This document shows, piece after piece, positions 56,201 through 64,000 of a DNA stretch of 64,000 bases (position 1 is its first letter; each line of letters begins with the position of its first letter). The translations under genes and the position numbers were made by a program. The notes beneath the pieces are model-generated. The model was given only the letters and a program-made list of their open reading frames with translations, was not told the origin of the DNA and did no database searches. The stretch is from positions 62,001 to 126,000 of the forward strand of contig NIVC01002206.1 in the NCBI GenBank assembly GCA_002269645.1. The letters run 5' to 3'. Origin of the DNA: Macrostomum lignano. Taxonomy: Eukaryota.

Positions 56201-59200
56201 AACTATATATCGATAATCCAGAAGGATTAACTACTAATCGATAATCCAGAAGGATTAACTACTAATCGATAATCCAGAAGGATTAACTACTAATCGATCA
56301 TCTAGACGGATTAACTTCTCATCGATAATCCAGATGGATTAACTACTTATCGATAACCCAGATGGATTAACTACTCATCGATAATCCAGATGGATTAACT
56401 ACTTATCGATAACCCAGATGGATTAACTACTCATCGATAATCCAGATGGATTAACTAATTAACCAGTTATCTGGGTGGACAAATTACTAATTATGGTTAA
56501 CACAATTGGATTAACTATATTTATCGATAATCTCATTGAAAAAAGTTAGCCCAACTCACCGGGCCGACGCTCCCGAACTAGGCTATAATAATGACCAGCG
56601 CTGGCCTTGCCAGAATGAATAACAACACCAACTAAATTGTAGTTAGATGGCTGCTGCTGCTCCTGCATCTCCTGCTCTTTCTGCTGCTGCTGTTGCGGCC
56701 CGTCTGAGGCGCTGTCGCCGCTCGACGCGCCAGCAGCGCTAGCCATAAAAGGCCCCAATTCCACTCGCCTAGGAAAGCTAAAATATAAATCGGATTTCAG
56801 CGGCTGGCCGCGCAGCCAATCGTAGTCGAATCGTTTCAAATGAAAGCACAGCACCGGAGGCAGGCTGGCTATTCTAGTTCGCCTGAGCGCTGTGACCTTC
56901 CGATTGCCGCAGCGTTCGCACGAATAGGCGTTATCAGCTTGCATCGTTTCTCCGCGTACAAAAGCGTGCAGAGCGGCTTCCAGACTGCCGGATTGAACTG
57001 GCAGATGCAGGCCGTAGAAATCTTCTTCAAGTTCGCAGCGATGCTCGCACTGTTCGCTCTCGATCAGGTGCTTGAATCGGCCGCGAAAGAAGGCGCTTAG
57101 TAGGGGGCGCTTAGCCTGCTCGTCTGTTTGGTCAATCAGCGCCTGTTGGGTTGTTGGGGGTTCGGGACGATTAGCGAAGATAGGAGCGATTCTTGTGGGG
57201 CTATGGAGGCGATTCTTGTGGGGCTATGAAGGCGATTCTTGTGGGGCTATGGAGGCGATTCTTGTGGGGCTATGCAGGGCGATTCTTGTGGGGCTATGGA
57301 GGCAATTCTTGTGGGGCTATGGAGGCGATTCTTGTGGGGCTATGGAGGCGATTCTTGTGGGGCTATGGAGGCGATTCTTGTGGGGCTATGGAGGCGATTC
57401 TTGTGGGGCTATGGAAGGCAATTCTTGTATGGAGGGCAATTCTTGTAGGGCTATGGAGGCAATTCTTGTGGGGCTATGGAGGGCAATTCTTGTAGGGCTA
57501 TGGAGGCGATTCTTGTGGGGCTATGGAGGCGATTCTTGTGGGGCTATGGAGGCAATTCTTGTGGGGCTATGGAGGGCAATTCTTGTGGGGCTATGGAGGC
57601 AATTCTTGTGGGGCTATGGAGGGCAATTCTTGTAGGGCTATGGAGGCAATTCTTGTGGGGCTATGGAGGGCAATTCTTGTGGGGCTATGGAGGGCAATTC
57701 TTGTGGGGCTATGGAGGCAATTCTTGTGGGGCTATGGAGGGCAATTCTTGTAGGGCTATGGAGGCAATTCTTGTGGGGCTATGGAGGCGATTCTTGTGGG
57801 GCTATGTAGGTGCAGCATATTTAAAGGCGATTCGCAAGGATATACCTGAAAGAACGCGAACGCGTCCTGCTGCTCTCTCGGATTGACTTTCTCGCCCCAC
57901 AGTGAGAAATTGGCCCACAATTGATCTGGCACGTAGTACTGCTGCTGCAGCTCCAACAGGTGCGCCAGCACCAGCTGCAGCTGGTAGAGGGCACCGTCGC
58001 CCGACTCGCTGCTGCCTCCGCCGTCAACGGAGCTGCCAGAGGCGGCGGTAGCGACAGTCGTTGCCGCCGTCGCAGTGTTCTGCTCGTCGCCAGCAGTCGC
58101 AGTAGGATCCGGCGTTGACAGTACAGCAGCTGCCAGGCCTGGCACCATAAACAGCTGTTGCAGCACCGAATTCATATAGCAGGTGGCACCGCCATTTTTT
58201 AGGCCAACTAAACCGCATTGACCGCGCGGTTCGGGCGGCGCCGGCACCTCCCAGCCGTGGATTCGGTGCAGCGGCCGCAGGGCCAAGCTAAGCGCTCGAA
58301 GGCATCGGCAATTGCTGGCGCACAGCTGCAATAGCAGGTCGTAGATGGCTGGCCGGGACAGTGGCCCGGCACGGCAGTGCGAGTCGGCCGGCATCAGGAA
58401 GGCGCCAATCAGCTGAGGCAGCAGCCGCTCGCCGGCCGAAGGGTCGGGCGGATCCGCCTGCCAGGCCGCTGCCAGCAGGCGCAGGTGACCGGCTAGCAGG
58501 GCGTCCTCCTCCTGCTGGCACTGGCAGGCCGCTGTCTGGCTTAGCTGAAAACCGGTTAGCCAGTCCTGCTCCACGCTGGCTACTCGCCTGAGTGAGTAGT
58601 GCAGTTGGGGCGCGAGTTTAGATAATGAGAAAGAAAAAATAAAAAGCAAAATGAAATAAACAGTCCGACAGACAAACAGGCATACAAACAGGAGGACAGA
58701 CACACAGTTTATGGGGAGCCCAGTGGTCTAGCGCGGCGCTCTGATGTGCCAGCTGCCCAGGCTAGATTCCAAGTGCAGTCACATTAATTTGGGGCTAAAT
58801 TGGAATCTCGACTTGGGTTTTTTTTCGTGAAATTAACGGCCTTGAGGCCAAATCCCCAAGGCAGAGTGAAGTGTACATGACTAACGATAAATAAAGTTAG
58901 GGCCGCTGTACACTCCTGTGTGAGTGTGTGCCTGTGCGTAAGACTGCGTACGAGTCTGTGGAATGGGCAGTAATGCCTCTCGCCGGTTGTGTGACAATGT
59001 CGCCTAAATTGCGCCGGGGTGTACACAGCCCCTGCGTCTAAGAAAAAAGACACACAGACAAGACACACAGACAGACACACATACACTAAGACAGGCAGAC
59101 AGACAGACAGAAAAAAAGACACACAGACAAGACAGACAGACAGACACACATACACTAAGACAGGCAGACAGACAGACAGACAAAAAGACAGACAGACAGA

Positions 59201-62200
59201 CAGACACACATACACTAAGACAGACAGACGGACACTAAGACAGACAGACAGCCACTAAGACAGACAGACACAGACAGACAGACAGACAGACAGCCACTAA
59301 GACAGACAGACACAGACAGACAGACAGACAGCAACTATAACTAACTCACTTAGCCAGTTCAGCCTGTGCAGGCGGAGCGGATCTCAACAGCAGGGCCGCT
59401 CTCAAGTCGAAATACTCAGCGCAGTTGCAGAGCAGATGCAGACTGGCCTGCCGCACCCCGGTTACGCTGGAATGCCAATAGGGCAGCGGCAGGCCCTCCA
59501 GCAGACTGTGCAGAGTCGGCACCAGTTCCGGACAGTCGGGCGTAGCGACTCGCTGCAGCAGCAGCTGGCTGAGCGTCTGGCGAACCCGCTGACTGGGACA
59601 GGCAACCAGCAGGTCCAGCAGGGCGGATTGGAAGCCCGACAGAGAAACGACGTCAGCTGGACGGAAGCCGGGCAAGCCGAACAGGGTGTTGAGAAGGATG
59701 GCGCAGGCGGCCTGGCCGACGGGCTCGCGGGTGTCTCTACGGGGGGTGCGATTGAAGGGTAATATTGGAATAAGAATCAAGGAATACGAAAACTAAAATT
59801 CTGGATTGCTGACACACTAAACTCAGGGATTGCTGACACACTAAACTCAGGGATTGCTGACACACTAAACTCATGGATTGCTGACACACTAAACTCAGGG
59901 ATTGCTGACACACTAACATCAGGGATTGCTGACACACTAAACTCAGGGATTGCTGACACACTAAACTCAGGGATTGCTGACACACTAAATTCAGGGATTG
60001 CTGACACACTAAACTCAGGGATTGCTGACACACTAAACTCAGGGATTGCTGACACACTAAACTCAGGGATTGCTGACACACTAACATCAGGGATTGCTGA
60101 CACACTAAACTCAGGGATTGCTGACACACTAAACTCAGGGATTGCTGACACACTAAACTCATGGATTGCTGATACACTAAACTCATGGATTTCTGACACA
60201 CTAAACTCATGGATTGCTGATACACTAAACTCATGGATTGCTGACACACTAAATCAGGGATTGCTGACACACTAAACTCAGGGATTGCTGACACACTAAA
60301 CTCAGGGATTGCTGACACACTAACATCAGGGATTGCTGATACACTAAACTCAGGGATTGCTGACACACTAAAATCCTAGATTGCTCATGATGGTATGCTC
60401 ATAATAAGCATTGCTACTGAAATTTAAGATCTAAATTCCATTAAAAATCATGAAGCATGAATCTGTCAAACCTCAGAGACGCGGCGCAGGCCAACAGATG
60501 GGCAGCCAATCCGTCTGGAAGGCGCTGCTGCTGAGGATCGCAAGCGCTAACAGACTTGGATACCAGGTGGCCAACCAGGTACAGCTGGCGCGGGGTCAGC
60601 CGCTCCGGAGCCAATTGGACCAGCCTGGTCGCGTGCTGCTCGGCGCACTCGGGCATGGAGAACAGGCACTGCAGAGAGTAGGTTAGCAGCGGCGAATCCG
60701 CGGACAGATCGTCTGCCAGCACCGGATCGGGGCAGGTGGGCAGCAGGTCCAGCACTGCGGCGGCTTCGTAGACGCCCTGGAAATTATTAAAAGGCGTTTT
60801 TAATATCCGGGTTTCCCCGACACATTATCGAGATTCCCCTACACATCAGGGGTTCCCCGGCCTATCATCAGGGATTCCCCTACACATTATCAGGGATTCC
60901 CCGGCACATTATCAGGGATTCCCCTACACATTATCAGGGATTCCCCTACACATTATCAGGGATTCCCCGGCACATTATCAGGGATTCCCCTACACATTAT
61001 CAGGGATTCCCCGGCACATTATCAGGGATTCCCGACATCGGGAGTTCCAGACACCTAATAATATCTTATTAATTAAAGTAATAACAATATATAATAATAA
61101 TATAATTAAAAATAACCTACCTGTCGTAGGCAGCGCTTCAACAGCGGATAGGTGCGCGAATCGTCGGCCAGCAGATTGCTGGGCAGCGCCCGTTCGAGAG
61201 CGGAACAGGCGTCGCTAGACGGAGACTTGACATCGGCAAGTCTGGCGTGGGCGTCAATCGGCTTGTCTGGCTGGGTCGGGTCTGGGCGCAGGCCGAGCAG
61301 GAACAGAGGCCGCCATTCGTGCACAGCGCCTAGTAGGCGTTCGGTGCCGTCGACTGTTACGGCTAGGCCGACTCTGCGAGCATCAAGATGGGGAATGTTA
61401 ACCAGGATTTACAGGTTTGGGATCGGACTTGGCAGGTTTGGGAACACGGGATTGACAGGTTTGGGATCACGGGACTGACAGGTTTGGGATCACGGGACTG
61501 ACAGGTTTGGGATCATGGGATTGACAGGTTTGGGATCACGGGACTGACAGGTTTGGGATCACGGGACTGACAGGTGTGGGATCATGGGACTGACAGGTTT
61601 GGGAACACAGGACTGACAGGTTTGGGATCACGGAATTGGCAGGTCAAGATCAAAGGGAAGTGATATTGGGATAAAGCCGACAGGTTGGAGTTCATGAATC
61701 CAACAGAGAGATATCATAGCACCTCACCTAGAAGCGGAATCGCAATTAAGCGCAATAGCCAGTTCCTCGCGCAGTTTGCCAAACGTTAGATGACTGTGCA
61801 CAGCCAATTGAAAAGCGGCCCGTTTAGGCCTGTCGCAGTCGACTCTGAGCTGCATCTCCTCGCCGGGATAGGTGGCGCAGTGCAACGGCCTCAATCGTTT
61901 GTGCTGATAGTCAGATTCGGCAGTTTGCAAATAGAATTCTAATAGGCGAAGCACGCCGCTAGTGCCTTTAGAGCCGGAATCGTTCAAATGACCGAAACAG
62001 TCGTTTAAGAATCGTTTGTGCAAATCGTTAGCCGCCGAGCCCGCTTTAAGCCGAATGCTGACGCACCGATAATAACAATCCATTAAGCAGTCGAGTGCCG
62101 CGCGGAACACGGCCGGCCGATCCGAGCGCAGGTACAATGACCACAGATAGGACGAGCCGAATAGTTCGAGTTTTTCAACTGTCAATTTGCGCTCCGAGTT

Positions 62201-63865
62201 AAACGAGGTTGGCTGGACAATGGTCAGATTGCCGGCGGCTTGGTTGATCCGCTCGAAGAAGTATTTGAAGCAGGAAAATCCATTTGGCGTCACCTGGGCG
62301 GAGAGTTTATTGAAATTGATGTGAGCTTATTAGACTACTGATGAAGTATAGTAAGTAGCATATCCAAAATTTCATGAAAGATCTGATAACGGAGACACCA
62401 TTAATTTAAGGATTGTTAATCCGTTAATTTAGGGATTGTTAACCCGTTAATTTAAGAACTGTTCATCCGTTAATTTAGGGATTGTTACCCGTTAATTTAG
62501 GGATTGTTAATCCGTTAATTTAGGAATTGTTAATCCGTTAATTTAGGGATTTTTAATCCAGTAATTAAAAGTATTGTTGATCCGTTAATTAAAAGGATTT
62601 TAATCCGTTAATTTCAGGATTGTTAATCCGCTAATTTAGGAATTGTAAATCCATTAATTAAAATGATTGTTACTCCGTTAATTTAGGGATCGTTACTCCT
62701 TTAATTTACACCTGTTAATCCATTAATTTAAGGATTTCTAATCGGTTAATTAACGAACGGCTCTGCTTACACTTACCTTGGCAATATCCAACTGCAGAAA
62801 ATGGTTCTCAAACAGTTCCTTCCTAGTCTTATCCTCTAAGTCATCGAACGATCGAACCAACCAATTAAAGAAGGCATCCCGATCGGTCTCAGTGGAACTG
62901 TCGCCCGAGATTAGCGCTGTCCACATCTCTAACACTCGAATTTTAGTCAAATACAGGTCGGCATTCCTCAGAATGTAGTGTATGAGATCCAAATGTAGTC
63001 GCAGATACTCTTCGTGAGTATAATTACCATCTAGAGACGAGATGGCGCACAGATGCTGACCAAATTGTTTATAACAATCGCGCTGATGATCTTTAATAGA
63101 CGTAACCAGCACTAGTACCAGTTCGTGGCCTTGGTTCCATTCGTTCAATGTATTTTTAGCATCGTTCTTATAGCCGTTAGACAAGGAAGAGCAGAGCTGG
63201 TACAGATAGCTAACAGACGGATAGACCAGCTGCTTAGCTTTGATATTAGCCACACACTTGGTGAGATACTGCCGACGCAGGTTATCCTTTGCGTAGTCTT
63301 TCAACAGTGCCAGGTGTTGCTGCAACACGCAATCAATCTGCTGCCTACCTAGGCCAGACTCGTGCGCCATCTCCCACAGAATCTGCAGCGCCTTCTCTTT
63401 AGCTGCTAAGCCAACTAATTCCACTAGTTTGGACCAATTATCCGATCGGCCTTTGGCCGCTTTCCAATCGGCTTGAACCAGTTGCAACAGGTGGCCAAGG
63501 GTGTCCTCGGGTAGGCGCGATGCGGCAGCGGCCAGCACTGGGAACAGAGCCGGCGACGAGTGCGCCATGTGCCACAGCTTGGTGACGTCACTCACTGACA
63601 GCTTGGCCCCGATGAATTCTACAATCTCTTTCACTCCGTCGCACATTTGCATATTGTCTAGTGAGTGACCGTCGCCCAGAGCCAGGCTGAGAACTTCTTT
63701 CTCTTGCATCCATTGGAGCAGCGGCTCCAGGCCGATGCTCTGACGCTTCTTAGCCGAGCTGGGGTCCTTAGCCGTGGCCATCATGCAGCCAAGCTCCTTT
63801 AGGCCGTTCATTCGACTATTGAACCGGCCGCTGCCTAGCATAGCTTGCACCAGGTTTGTGCGGGC
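53248..63865 (-). CDS. USP24: USP24-like ubiquitin carboxyl-terminal hydrolase, 5'-partial, 2002 aa within the window. Exons (minus strand): 63865-62777, 62293-61728, 61373-61121, 60776-60472, 59736-59350, 58587-57846, 57142-56560, 55921-54959, 54535-53710, 53542-53248
   Basis: All nine introns are GT-AG with consistent phases (6009 nt in total, divisible by 3). The Cys box [28 protein letters not shown], His box [12 protein letters not shown] and WFKMND are intact. Segments I recognise as USP24-type rather than USP9X or USP34 include [39 protein letters not shown] and [11 protein letters not shown]. Confidence 0.93.
53543..53709 (-). mobile_element. SINE (family A, copy 3) that constitutes the entire last USP24 intron
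   Basis: The 152-bp element (53698-53547) has an A-box-like GGCTTAACGG, B-box GGTTCGATTCC, family motifs CACATTCATTTGGGGC, CTGTACACCCTGTGTGAGC and AATGGGCAGAAT, and a (TTA)n tail. It is flanked by a 15-bp direct repeat (13 of 15 identical, first 10 perfect) that contains both splice sites. Confidence 0.85.
54555..54890. repeat. Intronic minisatellite of about 22-23 bp (GGGCGATTTTTAGTGAGGCTTTA-like)
   Basis: USP24 intron 54958-54536. Confidence 0.9.
56080..56530. repeat. Intronic 28-bp minisatellite (ATCGATAATCCAGATGGATTAACTACTC)n
   Basis: USP24 intron 56559-55922. Confidence 0.92.
57180..57810. repeat. Intronic 23-bp minisatellite (GGAGGCGATTCTTGTGGGGCTAT)n
   Basis: USP24 intron 57845-57143. 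Confidence 0.97.
58714..59040 (+). mobile_element. Apparently full-length tRNA-derived SINE (family A, copy 4), antisense within a USP24 intron
   Basis: Head GGGAGCCCAGTGGTCTAGCG (A-box-like), degenerate B-box GGCTAGATTCC (58760-58770) and GTCACATTAATTTGGGGC. A unique middle of about 100 bp is followed by the body TTAGGGCCGCTGTACACTCCTGTGTGAG...AATGGGCAG...ATGTCGCC. Confidence 0.75.
59041..59335. repeat. GACA-type satellite
   Basis: Direct inspection. It abuts the 3' end of SINE copy 4. Confidence 0.93.
59805..60370. repeat. Intronic 24-bp minisatellite (GGATTGCTGACACACTAAACTCAG)n
   Basis: USP24 intron 60471-59737. Confidence 0.97.
60805..61045. repeat. Intronic 22-bp minisatellite (CATTATCAGGGATTCCCCTACA)n
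   Basis: USP24 intron 61120-60777. Confidence 0.94.
61405..61640. repeat. Intronic 23-bp minisatellite (GGGACTGACAGGTTTGGGATCAC)n
   Basis: USP24 intron 61727-61374. Confidence 0.94.
62400..62750. repeat. Intronic 23-bp minisatellite (ATCCGTTAATTTAGGGATTGTTA)n
   Basis: USP24 intron 62776-62294. Confidence 0.92.
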
Positions 63866-64000
63866 CTGGATGGGTTGGAGCGAAGGCTTGCTTTGTTATA
63901 ACAGAATCGCCGGGGATTACAGATTTTGAGCATGAACTGCTAAAGCCGTTATCAGAATTAGGATTGAGATTAAAAATGGGACTGACATTTTGGGAATGGA

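Noticed and set aside
54536-62776. TSD-type junctions at the other USP24, Sox, GPCR and NHL-like introns
   Set aside because: I checked each junction. At most AG|G or AG|GT is shared and no extended direct repeat was seen, so only the last USP24 intron qualifies.

Overview
Eukaryotic (metazoan) genomic DNA with spliceosomal GT-AG introns and dense micro- and minisatellites. The style suggests a free-living flatworm such as Macrostomum, but this is inference only. Four protein-coding genes were reconstructed by eye. (1) A three-exon, highly divergent Sox-like HMG-box factor (30432-33220, +). (2) An unidentified gene with NHL/beta-propeller-like motifs (36103 to about 38483, +). (3) A two-exon class A peptide-type GPCR (48591-50315, +). 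(4) The 3' ten exons of a USP24-like deubiquitinase (63865-53248, -), whose 5' part lies beyond the window. There is also a 5'-truncated, decayed RTE-type non-LTR retrotransposon (about 45654-47315, -), four copies of one tRNA-derived SINE family and about 35 tandem-repeat arrays. The first 30 kb contain no gene I can support. The strongest observation is the last USP24 intron (53543-53709). It consists exactly of one 152-bp SINE copy plus one copy of its 15-bp target-site duplication (TSD), and that TSD contains AG|GT, so splicing removes the insertion seamlessly. This makes it a candidate retroposon-made (introner-like) intron. In addition, seven other USP24 introns each carry a 22-28 bp minisatellite with a same-strand GATT-type core. 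Almost all long ORFs in the supplied track over repeats are artefacts.
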